A DNA stretch of 64,000 nt from the human T2T-CHM13v2.0 reference genome, Homo sapiens. Shown piece after piece: positions 19,866-34,815 of this stretch. The notes under the pieces are model-generated. The model did no database searches, was not told the DNA's origin, and saw nothing but the letters and a program-made list of their open reading frames with translations. Where the stretch lies: assembly GCF_009914755.1 (NCBI RefSeq), contig NC_060937.1; one strand, 5' to 3'. A program made the translations under genes and the position numbers. Within the stretch, counting starts at the first letter, position 1; each line of letters begins with the position of its first letter.

Positions 19866-20530
19866 CTGCCTCATTGTCCTTCTGTCTTACTTTCCCCAAA
19901 ACATCTCAATCCTCTGTCAAACTAATTGTCCCTTTTCTCTTGTCTCACACATGGTGTCTGTGGAAAATCCTACACTAAGGCAGATTGTTGCTACTTCATT
20001 TTGGTTTCCATAAATTATTGTGTTAGTGTTGCCTAGAGCTCTTCTTAGTCATCTCTTGACTGGTTCTTCACAGCGACTATTTCAAACCTTCTCCACTCTG
20101 TTCCAAGTTCCTACTTCCCACATCATCCTTCACACTCATCATGCTACCTGTCCTCCTACTTTATAAAGGAAAACAAAGCCAACAGATGGAAAATTTCTTC
20201 ATTTTCTGACGTTCTATTTTAACATTTTGCTGCATTTACATCTTATTTTATCATTTCCATCCTACCACAATGGTATAAAATATCCCCACTTTTAATTTTA
20301 GAATAGTTTCTCTGCTTCAATTTTGCATACCATCCGTTTATCTTCAAGGATACTCCTCCACTGATTATTTCCTGTGTACCACTCTCTTATAGCTCCTACT
20401 TCAAGAAGCACTCCTATCAAATATTGAAAAAGCACTTACTATATTTTAGGTAACATGTAAAACTCTGTGAAATTAATAATGAACAAGATATTCACTGCCA
20501 CTGCCTTCATGAAACTTATAATCCGTTTAA

Positions 20531-20872
<342 letters not shown>

Positions 20873-20889
20873 AACAGACTATATTTTCT

Positions 20890-22255
20890 ATTCATCAAAT
20901 ATTTTCTCCCATTTGTCTTTTAACTCTGATTTAGTATTTTGTCATACAAAAATATTCTTGTCTTAATTTGATTTGTGTTCTATTTTTACATAGTCAAAGT
21001 TTTCTTTCTTTAATTGCATGTAGATTTGAGACATAGTTAAAAAGACTTTTCTAACATCCAGGCTGTAGAGTAATTCTCCACATTTTCTTCTAGTACTTTC
21101 ATGGTTCCTTTTTTTCACAATTATATTTTCTGATAATTTTGAGTTTATTCTTTGTATGGTAAGGTATCAAACTATTTTTTTTCCTACCCAATGAATATCC
21201 AGTTGATACAACCCCATTTCTTAAAAGGTCTATCTTTGCAGCTGTAATTTTTGATACTATCTATCTTTATCAATTACTAAATTTTCACCTGTAGTTTATT
21301 ACTAGACTTTCTATTCTATTCCACCGGTCAATCTGCCTTCTTAGGTACCAGTTCCATGCTATTTAGAGAGGCTTTGTAGCTTGTTTTAATATGTGCAGCT
21401 ATTCCTCTCTCATATCTTTTTCAGTGCCTTCTTAGCTATTCCTGAATGATGACTTTTAAAAATCAACTTGTGCAGATTAAAAAACTGATGATATTTTTGT
21501 TGGGATTAAATTAAATCTATTAATTAACTTAGGGGGAGAACTCACATCTGCATAATTTTGAATTATTTTTATCCAAGAACAAGGGATATCTTTTTATTAG
21601 TTTCAAGGCTACTTTTGTGCTTTTCAGGAGGGTTTTAACTTTTCTGTATATAGTTTTGCAATTTCTTGATAGCTAATTTTTTCTAAGTATTTTTATATTG
21701 CTACTGTTAATATAATTTTCTCTTTCATCACATCTTCAAACCTGTTATTGTTTGTATATATAGGGTACTGGGTTTTGTCTGTAATTTTTGATCCTATTTC
21801 CTTACTAAATTCTTTTATACTTTGGATTTATCATTGTTTCTCTGGGTTTTCCAGGTGCATTATCATATCATCTGCTGATAAAGAAAGTTCTGCTGCTTTA
21901 ATTCTCATTTATTTACTTACTTTTTACTGTTTTAATTGCATTGGCTGACACTTTTAATATAACATTACATAGAAGTGGATATTGTGATCATTCTTGTTCC
22001 CGACCATAATGGAAAAGCCTTTTGTGCCTCCTGATTAAGTAAGAAACTGGCTTTAGAATTATGTTTTTATAACATTGAATAGTACCATCCATTTATAATT
22101 TGAGTACTTTTATGATAAATAGATGTTGAATTTTCAGCATCAATGGAGAGAAACATGTTTTTTCTTCTTATGCCTATTAATTTCTTGAATGTTATTAAAT
22201 ATTCTGATTAATATTAAACCACATTCACATGGCTGGTATAAATCCCATCCCAACT
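20890..22255 (-). mobile_element. Ancient L1M/L1ME ORF2 fragment, continuing at ~24860-25220
   Basis: T-rich antisense L1 signatures (ATCATATCATCTGCTGATAA; CTATTCTATTCCACCGGTC; GATGTTGAATTTTC). Confidence 0.7.
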
Positions 22256-22256
22256 T

Positions 22257-24857
22257 TGTATTAGTCTGTGCAGGCAACCATAACAAAATACCATAGACTG
22301 AGTGGCTTAAACAACCCAGAAATATGTTTCTCACAGTTCTGGGGACTGAGAAGTCCAAGATCAAGGTGCCAGCAAGGTAGATTTCATTCTGAAGTCTCGT
22401 CTCTTGGCATGTAGGCAGCCATGCTCTTCTTGTGTACTTACTTGGTCTCTTGTTTGTGCACATGTGAAGAGACAATGATCTCTCTAGTGTCTCTTCTTAT
22501 GAGGATACTAATCCTATGGGATCATGACTTCTACCCTTATGAGCTTGTAAACTCTATTTTTATAAAGATCCTATCTCCAAATACAGTCACATTGGGGATT
22601 AGAGCTCCAACATATGAATTTGGGGGATACAAACCTACATTCCATAATATTTTGCCCCTTCTTCCTCCCCCAAATTTATGTATTTATTGCATACAAAATA
22701 CATTCATTCCACCTCTCTCAAAAGACTTAACTCATTCCAGCATCAACTCTAAAGTCTAAAGTCCAAATTCTTATCTGAATACCATTCATCTAAATATGGA
22801 TAAGACTGAAAGTACAGTTCATCCTTAGGCAAAATTTGTCTCCAGTTGTGAACCTGTGAGAGCAGACATGTTGTGTACTTCTAAAATACAAAGTAGGACA
22901 GAGCTAAGGCAAACATTCCCATGCCAAAAGGGCTAAATAAGAAGGAAGGAAAGGTGATGATTCCCAAATAAGTTCAGAGCTTAGCAAGGAAAACTGCATT
23001 AGATTTTAAGTCTTAAGAATAATTTTATTTGGTTCAATGTTCTGCCCTCCAGGCCTACTGGGGTGGCAGCATCAGCCCCATGGCTCTGTGGGGTGGCCTT
23101 ATTTTGTTTTGCTAGGAGAGCGAACTCTGCCCACAGGTCTCTCTTTGGTGGCCCTACTCTCTGCAGCCCCAAAAGAAAGCCTTTCTCCATCGGCCTTTGG
23201 TAGGAGTTGCTGTCTTGATCTCTAAATCCCTTTGGGCCATTCTTCCCTTTACTTAAAGAATATCACACATTTATAGCCTGTACTAGTCTGTACTCACACT
23301 GCTAATAAAGACATACTCAAGAATGGGTTATTTATAAAGGAAAGAGGTTTAACTGACTCACAGTTCCACATGGTTGCGGAGGCCCCACAATCATGGCTGA
23401 AGGCTAATGAGGAGCAAAGTCACGTCTTACATGGCAGTAGGCAAGAGAGCTTGTGTAGGGGAACTCCCTTTTATAAAGCCAACAGAACTCATGAGACTTA
23501 TTCACTATCTTGAGAACAGCAAGGGAAAGACCCGCCCCTTGATTGAATTACCAGCCCCCAGGTCCCTTCCATGACATGTGGGAATTATGGGAGCTACAAT
23601 TCAAGATGAGATTTGGGTGGGGACACAGCCAAACCATATCATAGCCAAATAACTATATGGTTCAGTCTTGTAGAATCCAAGAAATCTGGCAACCTTTCAT
23701 TCAGTTTTGTTTTTTCTCTTCCCTGTAATTGAAACTGTCAGTGTCTCTGCTGGTATAATCCTCTCTCTATTCCTGGATTCTTCTGAGATGGCTGATTAAG
23801 CCCATGAGGTGAACCCATGATCTATTCATCAAATGATTGTTCAGTCACAACCCTAGTGTTCTTTTAAGAACAAGATTTCTCATTTTTTCAATGTAGATAG
23901 GCCATAAATTTTCCAAATCTTCAAGATCTGATTCCTTTTTACCCTAGCAGTATTTTCTCCAATTGTCTCTCTCCTCTTGCCTTTTATATTATAAGCACTC
24001 AGGGGAAACCAAGCTAATCCTTGAACACTTTGCTTAGAAATCTCCTCAGCTAAATATCATATTTCACTGCTTGCACGTTCTACCTTCTACAAAACATTTG
24101 AACACAGTTCAGCCAAGTTTTCTGCGACTTTATAACAAGGACTGTCTTTTCTCCAGTTTCCAATAACTTTTTTTTTCCTGAGACCTCACCAGAATGACCT
24201 TTAATGTCCACATTTCTGCCAACATTCTGTTCATGACTATTTATGTATTCTTTAAGAAGCTGGAAGCTTTCTCTCCAGCTCTCCTCTTTTCTGTCTGAGT
24301 CTTTACTGAAATCTCCTTTAACATTCGTATTTCTTACCAACAATACAATCCAGGCATTTTATAGCATACACTTCTTACCTCCTCCATCCTCTACCTGTTA
24401 CCTATTTCCAAGAGGCAGGAGAATCACTGCCTATTTCCAAACACCTATTTCCAAAGCCACTCTTACATTTTTAGGTATGTCCTATAACAGCACCCAAATT
24501 CTCTGTACCAAAATCTGTGTTAGTTTGCTCAGGCTGCCATAACAAAATATCACAGATTGGGTAGCTGAAAAAAAACATAATTGTTTTTTCTCACAGTTCT
24601 AGAGGCTGGGTAGTCTAAGATCAAGATACCAGATAATTTGCTTCTGGGTAAAGGCTGTCTTCCTGTGAGAGCAGGAGCAAACTCTCTGGTGTCTCTTCTT
24701 ATATGGACATTAATTCTGCCAGACCAGGGCCTTACTCTTGTGATTTCATCTAACCTTAATTATCTCTTAAAAGCCCCATCCTGAAATACTATCATGTTGA
24801 GTGGTAGGGCTTCAACATGTGAATTTTAGGGGAACACAAACATTCAGCCCATAACAG
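22257..24857 (-). mobile_element. Near-complete MLT1A MaLR provirus (LTR 22257-22646, internal region, LTR 24517-24857)
   Basis: Two similar LTRs (TGTATTAGTCTGTGCAGGCAACCATAACAAAATACCATAGACTG vs TGTGTTAGTTTGCTCAGGCTGCCATAACAAAATATCACAGATTG) flank MaLR-internal sequence. Confidence 0.8.
23279..23641 (-). mobile_element. THE1-type MaLR solo LTR nested in the MLT1A internal region
   Basis: TGTACTAGTCTGTACTCACACTGCTAATAAAGACATAC..GGGGACACAGCCAAACCATATCA; 5-bp TSD TAGCC. Confidence 0.88.
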
Positions 24858-27800
24858 ACATGGTGTATTACTGGTGGTATTGGAGTCTACTCTCTAATAT
24901 TTCATTTTAAAACTGCAATACTTACAAGAAATATTAGTCCATGATTTCCTTTGTTAACTATCTTTAACAGGTTATAGAACAATATCATTCTTGCTTCATA
25001 AATGAACTTAAATATTTTTAATCATTTTTCATATTCTAACTTGTCTTTAAAAGTTTGGAAGAATTAGTTGGTGAAGCCATTTATGATACTATTTTTCTAA
25101 AGTAATTCATTTACAACTGTATTGCAGCTATGAAAATGTACATCTTTAATTCTTCTAGACTTAATGGAGTTAATGTTGGTAAACTAAATTTTTGTCTAAA
25201 GTTATTTATTTGTATAGAGATCTGCCTGTAGTTCTCAATAGTGAAGTGACTGGGGACTGATCTAGAAGTATTTATTCCAATTTTTAAAAATTAAGACTAA
25301 AGTCTAAATTTTGAATTTTTTTTGTGTTCAGGTATCATGGAACATACATATTATAATAATATGTTTTTCATTGTTATAATCATTGTTTCTACCCATCTGC
25401 ATCTCATTTGTTATTTTTCTTTTATACAAGAATATGCCTTTACTGCTACCTAGTCAGGAGATTGATGATAGATTCCTCAAGGTCAGGAACCTGTCTTCTC
25501 CTCACTATAATATACCATAGAGTACAAAACTCATAGTGTTCAGCAAATATATATTATTATAAAAAGCAATATGGATCATAATAGATGTTTGACGTTTCAT
25601 AATAATCTTCTAACAGCATGTTATCATGCAGTACCCCATGCTAAGAACAAAAATTGACTTAAGAAAACATATCTTTGTATATAACTTGTAATAAAATCAT
25701 AGCTATATAATTTTGTTAGACTCTGCAAATAACTCTAAATAATGTATTTAGAGAGTAGCAATTGTCAAGAAGTATGAATAAGAAATGATAATTTGACATT
25801 TAAAAGAGTGAAAGTTTTACGCCATTAACCATAAACAGAGAAATACATGAGAACAAAAAAAATGTGCCAAAGGAAATATTTATGAACTAGTTGGAGTTCA
25901 AGGACAAGTGCATTTAACATCTAAACGAAGTTCACTGTTTTTTTTATGTCCTTGTCAAAGATTGACTTTCACTTACTTTCACTCAATAAATGAATGGCAG
26001 TTTGGCTTTTCACAGAGGTAGGATTCCAGGGATCCATTAAACCTTTCTAAATGTCATTAATGTCATGATCATACATTTTTTTGAGAGGTAACCATTTCTT
26101 CAGGTTGGTCTTGTTAATGAATTTTCGCATTCTCTATTAGCATCATTATCGAACATGAAAACAAGGTAGAAGCATCACCATTAGAGTATCAAGTGAACAC
26201 CAGCACAGCACTTTTCTGAGTCACTGATCTGCTGCCAGCAATAAGCAGTCTATCAAGGGGACAGTGACCTTCAGATAAACTTTACTTTATCTGTAATGTT
26301 TCATTGATTATAGTCTTCTTTTAGCAGGGGATATAAAATGTAGATCCTGTTACTAAAAATCATGATAAATAATTTCACATAGTATCATTTCTGAGCAAAA
26401 TTTCATCTGAAAATAGTGAATGAAGTATTTATAAGAAAATATTCTTTTGGTCTAAGTATGAATGGTCTATTTTCATAATTTGTATTTTACCTGCTGTGTT
26501 TAAATAGCAACCAGCCAGAATATGCCATTAAATTTCAAATTTTCAGACACAATTTAATGCACAAAAATAAAACTTGCAAACTGATTCAGATTAATCAAGT
26601 ATGACTGTTCCAAATGCACCACATGATGTTGCACAAGCTTTTAAAAATGTTTATTTCAACACATTAGATTCTTTGCACTGCATTATTGTACCCTTTGGGT
26701 CAAGGAAAGGAAAGTTTTATGCATAGAATTAACTGCCATATACATCTGTAGAGCCATAGATGTGTATGACAGTAGGGATGACACGTGTTATGGTTTAGAT
26801 ATATCAATAAAAGTTATTTAACAACCTACCTTTTACATAGTATAAATATGAGAACAATTCTCTACATAATTTATAAATAAATTCATTAGGTATTTCAAGT
26901 GTGTGATCTATTTACTTATGAGTTCTGGGAGACATTTGAGAAGAAAATTATGATCTGCCTTTTTCTGAAATGTTTTGTAGTTGAAGCAAGATGTTTAGCC
27001 TTGATTTGTCTTAGTTGTTTTTTTATTTACAATTCTCACCTTTGCTTTGCATTTCTGGGCTTAGCCTGAGGCCAATCACGGTCTGAATGTAGCTATGGAT
27101 CATCAGGCTATGTCTGATGTGCACTGATTTTACTTGGCCAAAATGTCCCATTGGCTTTAGTTATTATATTGATGATAAGCTTCATTTAAATATTATTGAT
27201 ATTATTTAGGTGATGTAGATTTTTGATCTTTGATGTTTACACAATAGATAGTGAGTACATTTGAATGTATATTTCTTTGCTTGCCATTAAAAAAAAACAA
27301 GCAGCTTATCTGCTTAAATATACAAATGTATTGGAACCTCACACACTCCTCTAAGGCCAAGTAGTGAAAATATTTTCGGTGAGAAAGTGTTGGCATTTCT
27401 AGCAGTAAAATCTTGATAATCCATTATGATTAAAATTAATTTCTCTACTGCCCCCTCCAAAATAGAGGACACTTTATTCCCTATCTCAATTCATGAATCA
27501 AGCTGGAATTCCTGTTGTCATGGTCGCTCCTCTTTCCTCCAACTTTATTTTCACTAATTTGTGTCAATTCTTCCTGTCCAATGTCTTTCAAGTCATTCAA
27601 CTCCATTCTTTCCTCACTTTCAAAGATATATTTCATCTTCAGGTTTCATGTGCAATTTCTGGGCCTTCGTTTCTGATGCCATGAAAGAATATCATAATGC
27701 AAGGGTGGGAAGATGTTATTAGCATAGGAACACAGGAACAACTTTTAATCTGCTGTAGTTAATTAAAATGCTTCATAAAATATATGCCAAAGTTGATCAT

Positions 27801-28043
27801 TGTACAGCATTAGGTCTTGGTACAATTGCTGAAAAATAATATGGTCTATATTGTGTACTCTGTTGCCAGTTATTAAAAATAATTTTGGTGATGTCAGTTC
27901 CTTTTACAACAAACCATACAAATTCTGCATTGCCTGTAGGATAAGGTTCAAACTTCTTGGAAAGCCATACAAATCTCAACAATATAATTTTGGCACATAT
28001 ATCTCCTACAATGTGTGTGTATATACGAGTTATGAAGAGTTAT

Positions 28044-28357
<314 letters not shown>

Positions 28358-28789
28358 ATGAATTGTTGGAATAACTCTAGGCACATATATACATACCTTG
28401 TAGGATTCATATACTATAGAACATCAATGTATGACAATTGGTTTTATTGACTATGAACTAGTAATTAATAGAAGTCATTACAGAGCAGACTGTTGTCAAT
28501 TTTACTTAAATCAGCATGTCTCTAAGATAGAGCTCAAAATTGTACCATACCCACTTTGGCTCTGTTTCAAATGCACTGTGGGGAGGTGTCTATCTACAAG
28601 GTAATTAACGAAACATTTTATTTTCAATCTCAATCTATTGTTGTCTTTATAAATTCCTGGTTTTAACCTGAGAGTTTTTATATATTCAAGTAATTTTAAT
28701 AAAATGAGAAAAATGTGAAGACATTACCAAATAAAAGAGTCAAGTTAAATATTGGGGAAGACAGGAATGCAAGGGACATTATAAAAATA

Positions 28790-29202
28790 CAATTGGCCCT
28801 TGAGCGACTAGAGGGTTAGGGTGCTGACCTCCTGCACAGCCAAAACTCTGCAGATAACTTTGAATCCCCCAGAACTTAAGTACTGATAGCCTACTGTTGA
28901 TGGGGAGCCTTATAGATAACATTATCAATTAATATATATGTATTATATACTGTATTTGTACAGAAAAGTCAACTGAATAAAATAAATTGTTATTAAGAAA
29001 ATTATAAGGAAGAGATAATATATTTACTCTCCGGTAAGTGGAAGTGTATTATTAAGGTCTTTATCCTCTTTGTCCTCACATTAGGTAGGCTGAGGAGGAG
29101 GAAGAATAGGAAGGGTTGGTCTTGTCTTAAGAGTGGCAGAGGTGAAAGAAAATCCACGTATAATGAATCTGTGGAGTTCAAACCTGCATTGTTCAACCTG
29201 TG
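28790..29202 (-). mobile_element. Tigger2a-like TcMar DNA transposon
   Basis: TACAATTGGCCCTTGA.. terminus, internal GGGTTAGGGTGCTGACC, and the other end GAGTTCAAACCTGCATTGTTCAA. Confidence 0.75.
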
Positions 29203-29566
29203 TTACAGTATTATTATTGCAGTCTAAGGCATCCTGGCAGTATACAAAGCTTGCTACCCTGTTTGTTTTCTAATTTCTCTTTCCTCCCAACTATAATGCT
29301 TTTCCCAATTCCAGTGAAATACTTTCTTTTTCAAAGTGCAAATGTTTTAAAAATTTAAGAGTAAAGGAGACCTAATGTTAATTCAACTATTCAAATTAAA
29401 GAAAATTTATTGGACATTTATTGTTTGCAATGCACAGTTTCAGTGCTAACAATTATAACTTTCTAACAATTCACAGTGTAACTGAAGAGACAGTTGCATA
29501 AATATCTCTGTACAATAAGGAAAGATAGAGACTCATTCTCTTTCTGTGCTCTGAGACTTTCACTGA

Positions 29567-29974
<408 letters not shown>

Positions 29975-30289
29975 TCATATTTTCCACCATTCATTTTTGC
30001 TCTTGCCTGGCATCTTCTATCTACCTACCCACCTATCCATCTAAATTCATAAGTAAGTTATTCTTATACCTTCACTATCTATATTTACCACATCATCATG
30101 TCTTATTGATTCTATCTCCAAAATAATAAATCTTAAATGTGTCCACCACTATGGCAGTGCCCAACTCTAAACAACACCAGAGTAGGCATTTTAAAAAGTA
30201 TATTGAATCCTGTCTATTCCTAGCTTAAGCACAAATTTATCACTGCTATATGTAACACTCTGCATGATCTCAACTCATCCTTGATTCCT

Positions 30290-30740
30290 CCTACTAGCAC
30301 ATATTTATTGAGAGCCCAAGAATGCCAAGCTCAGTGCTGCATATACAATAGTGCGGAAGATGCATATGTTGTCTTGCTTTTAACAATCTTATATTCTAGT
30401 TGAGGATATGGAAACAGTCATGTGAGTAAACAAATAAATCAATTATAATACATTTTGATGAATGCCATAAAGGAAACAAATTTGGTTCTAAACCATAATG
30501 GGATTAGGGAGCACCTATTAGATACAGTAGCCAGAAAAACCAATGAGGAGGTCACTTAAGAAGAAAAGGCTTAGACTGAAGGAGCCAGCCACAGGAAGAG
30601 TGGGGACAAAGCATTTCAGGCACAGAGATCTGTATGTCTAAAATCCATGAAATGGGGACCAGAAAAAGCCTGAGTGAAAAAATCAAAGTAATATAAAAGG
30701 AGAGGGTCAGGAAAAGTGGTAGAGGAGTAGGTAAGGGCTT
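30290..30740 (-). mobile_element. L2 3' fragment
   Basis: CATATTTATTGAGAGCC..TGCCAAGC.. followed by purine-rich antisense L2 body. Confidence 0.65.
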
Positions 30741-30741
30741 G

Positions 30742-31105
30742 TTGATTTGGTTTGGCTGTGTCCCCACCCAAACCTCATCTTGAATTTTAGTTTCCACAAT
30801 TTCCACATGTCCTGGAAGGGACCAGGCGGAGATAATTGAATCATGGGGGCAGTTTCCCCCATCCTGGTCTCATGATAGTGAGTTAGCTCTCACGAGATCT
30901 GATGGTTTTATAAGAGGCCTCCCCCCTTTTCTGGGCACGCATTCTCCCTTCTGCTGCACTGTGAAGAGGTGCCTTCCAACATGATTGTAAGTTTTTTGAG
31001 GCCCCCCAAGCAATGCAGAATCATGAGTCAATTAAACCTCTTTCCTTTATAATAAATTCCCAGTCTCAGGTATGTTTTTATTATAGTGTCAACGGACTAA
31101 TGCAC
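30742..31105 (+). mobile_element. MSTA/THE1D-like MaLR solo LTR
   Basis: TGATTTGGTTTGGCTGTGTCCCCACCCAAACCTCATCTTGAATT..AATTAAACCTCTTTCCTTTAT..GGACTAAT. Confidence 0.85.
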
Positions 31106-31124
31106 TTGTTTTTTTTTTTTTTTT

Positions 31125-31655
31125 TTTCTGCTTAACAATTACACAAACTTACTGGCTTCAAACAACACACAGTTATTACCTAACTCACAGTATTTGTAGG
31201 GAAGGAGTCTGGATATAGATTAACTGATGCTCAGCTCAGAATCTTAGTCTCACAAGGCTGCAATCATGGTGTTAGCCAGTGTCTTTTTTTCTGGAGCTTA
31301 GTTTACATGGTTGTCAGCAGGTTTCATTTTCTTGCACTTGTATAACTGAGGTATCCATTTTTCACTGGTTTCCAGCCAAAGTTCATTCTCAACTCTTACA
31401 GGTCATTCAAAGTTCCTTGCCACATGAACGTCTCACAGCCCCCTTTATAACATGCTATCTGACTTCTTCAAAGCCAGCAGGAGAATCTCTTGCTCCCATC
31501 AGCTATAATGTGATCTTATATAGTGTAATTACACAGTGACATCTTTGCCAAATTCTATTGGTTACAAACAAGTCACAGTTTTCATTGCACTCAAACAAAG
31601 AGGGTTGTGCAAAGACGTGACTCATTGGGGACCACCTTAGCGTGTTTCTGCTGCA
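31125..31655 (-). mobile_element. MLT1 (E/F-like) LTR
   Basis: AACAATTACACAAACTTACTGGCTTCAAACAACACAC..CAAGGCTGCAATCATGGTGTTAGCC..ATTCTATTGGTTA. Confidence 0.65.
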
Positions 31656-33184
31656 AAACTCAATCATGTAAGTCACAGTTTGGAATTTGGATTTATTCTG
31701 GATGGAATGAGATGTTGTGGAAGGGAAGGAAGAAAGATGAAAGGAAAATAGTTAATGAGGCTCAAATCATGTCCCAGGGAATTATGAGGTAATGTGTACT
31801 TAATTCTGTTTATTGACTCAGATATTTCTTGGAGAAGATGGGCTCTAGGATAATAGGACTGGTGGATGAACACAGAAAGAGATAACATCAGAGGAAGATA
31901 AAATCTTTGCATAGACTGCAGGTAGACACGAGCAGCAGCAGGATGTGCTTGGGGAAGAGCAAGTAGCACACACTTATCAGAGTGCTCAGGATGCACCAGT
32001 TCAATAGTACACAGAAATCCAATGGATTTGAAAGCAGTAGGCTATTTTATATGGTCTTAAATGGAATCTATATTATCAGATATCTTAGTTTGGAAGGTAA
32101 GCCTGGTGCTACCAATAGAGAGAATGAATTGGAGGAAGAATTCATCAGACCAGTTAAGGAGATCATTATTTTCAGAGAATTAACAAAATTTTTAATACAT
32201 TTTGAAATCTTTGAACTCCACATCAAGCATCAGAATAAGTTTCTTTAAAAACACCGTATCCTAATTAGTAAATGGAATAAATCTTTTGTTTGTTTGCAGG
32301 GACTCCTCTGAAGGATGGTTTTAACACATCTAGAAAGAACTAGGTACTGTGCCTTTAATCAGCGAGTTTCAGTTTTAGGACAAAGGAATTAGGGGTAAGG
32401 AATAAGGGTTTGTAATCAATGTGTCTGCTAAGTAGAAAATTATTACTTCCATTGGAACCGGAATCCTGGTTCCTCTGTTTAATCTTTGCATCCCCAATCG
32501 CTGACAACATACTAGATCCTTCAAAATTATTTTTAAATGGACAAATAAATGTTCACATCAAATAAATGTTATTCTTATTGTAACCTCCAGAGCACCACCT
32601 CTGTCCATCCCCTCTTTCCTGCTTTTTTTTTTTAACCTTCTGATGTCCAAAGACATCAGGAGATTTGAGGCATATTCTAATCTTAAAATCTCAATGCATT
32701 AATTTTTATCTTACTTTGTATTAAAATGAAGTTATGTAGATTGTCTTATTCATAGACTCTATGTAATGCATGAGATAATTCATAAGATGTATGGCAAACT
32801 TAAATTGCTTGAGTACTAATGATGATTATACAGAGATTTGCACTGTTTTTGAAATTAAATTTAGATAATTCTTTATCTTAAAACTTCTATCAAATGCCAT
32901 TCTGGGTTATGAATGACTATCCCCTAGGATATTAGTTCAGAAGAAACAAGTGATAATTGTGAGATAAGATAAAATAGAAGAAACCAATGTTTATTAGTGC
33001 ATGACTAAAGGTATGTTTGATATTTTCTTCAACACAAATATTTAAATATCCTTTCTGGAACTTTTAAATAAATAGCATATTAGCATTTAGAATTGTTTAG
33101 GATACTTACGTGTTCTTGTTCATTAATTTTCATTATTATTAAAGCAGGATAATGCTTTTTTTTTCACTTTAAATAATTCTAGCA

Positions 33185-33460
33185 GGCCGGTTATAGTGGC
33201 TCATGCCTATCATCCAATGCTTTGGGAGGCTAAGGAGGGAGGATTGCTTGAGGTCATGAGTTCAAGACCAGCCTGGGCAACATAAATAGCCAGGCATGAT
33301 GACGCTTGTAGTCCCAGGTCCCAGCTACTCCGGAGGCTGAGGTGGGAGGATCACTTTAACACAAGAAGTCGAGGCTGATGTAAACTGTGATCAGTGATCA
33401 TGCCACTACACTTCAGCCTGGGCAACAAAGAGAGACCCTATCTCAAACAAATAAAAAAAA
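33185..33460 (+). mobile_element. AluJ-like element with the central linker deleted
   Basis: GGCCGG..GGATTGCTTGAGG..GGCAACATA joined directly to AATAGCCAGGCATG; A-rich tail. Confidence 0.85.
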
Positions 33461-33469
33461 TTACAATCC

Positions 33470-34815
33470 TGTTCAGTATACACAAGTCAATAAATGTGAT
33501 TCACCACATAAACAGATTAAAAGCAAAAACCATATAATCATCTCAATAGACTGAGAAAAAGCTATCGATAAAATCCAATATCTGTTCATGATAAAAACAA
33601 TCAACAGACTAGTCATTGAAGGAACATACCTAAAATGATAAGAGCCATCTAATGACAAACCCACAGCCAACATCACACTGAACAGGCAAAAGCTGGAACT
33701 ATTTCCGTTGAGAACTGGAACAAGACAAGGATGCCCATGCTCACCACCCCCACTATTCAACATAGTGCTGGAAGTCCTAGCCAGAGCAATCAGGCAAAAG
33801 AAAGAAATAAAAGGCATCCAAATAGGAAAAGAAGAGGTCAAAGGATCTCTCTTCACTGACAATGTGATTTTATACTTAGAAAATGCTAAATAATCCACCA
33901 AAAGGCTTCTAGAATGGGTGAATGACTTCAGTAAATTTTCAGGATGCAAAGTCAATGTGCGAAAACCAGTAACATTTCTATACACCAATAACACCGAGGT
34001 TGAGATTCAAATCAAGAACATAATCCCATCTATAATAACCACATACACAAAAATGAAATACCTAGGAATAAGCTAAGCAAGAAGATGAAAGATCTCTACA
34101 AGGAGATCTGCAAAACACTGCTGAAACAAATTAGAAATGACACAAATAAATGGAAAAACAGTGCATGCTCATGAATTGGAAGAATCAATATCATTAAAAT
34201 GGCCATACTGCCCAAAGCAATTTACAGATTCAACATTCCTCCTATCAAACTACCAATGTCATTCTTCACAGAGTTAGAAATACTCTTCTAAAATTCATAT
34301 GGAACTGAAAAATGAACCCAAATAGCCAAAGCAATCCAAAGCCAAAAACAAAACAAAACATAAACAAAAGACAAAGCCAGTGGCATCACACAACCCAACT
34401 TCAAACGATACTATAAGGCTACAGTAACCAAAGCAGCATGGCAATGGTACAAAAACAGACACATAGACCAATGGAACAAAATAGAGAACTCAAGAATGAA
34501 GCCACACACCTACCAATTATCTGATCTTTGACAAGGCCAACAGAAACAAGCAATGGAGAAAGGACTTCTTATTCAATAAATGATGCTGGGATAATGAATG
34601 TATAGAATGTGTTCATATGCAGAAGAATGAAATTGGACCCTTACCTTTCACTATATACAAAAATTAACTCAAGATGGATTAAAGATTTAAACATAAGACT
34701 TCAAACTATAAAAATCCTAGAAGAAAACCTAGGAAATACTTTTTTTTGATATCAGCCTTGGCTAATTTTTGGCTAAGTCCCCAAAAGCAATTGCAGAAAA
34801 CCCAAAAATTGACAA
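33470..34815 (+). mobile_element. L1 (L1PA15-17-like) ORF2 fragment lacking both ends
   Basis: [31 protein letters not shown]; ends abruptly at CCCAAAAATTGACAA with no 3' UTR or tail. Confidence 0.9.

Larger units (their letters stand above)
18150..20420 (+). mobile_element. Fragmented L2 internal sequence hosting several nested elements
   Basis: CT-rich L2-like segments at ~18150-18390, ~18990-19400 and ~19870-20420 (e.g. TATTTCAAACCTTCTCCACTCT). Confidence 0.5.

Noticed and set aside
32283-32400. Plus-strand splice-acceptor-like sites (also ~25331, ~56487, ~58463, ~63160)
   Set aside because: Pyrimidine-tract AGs are frequent in AT-rich DNA, and no chain of in-frame exons could be built.
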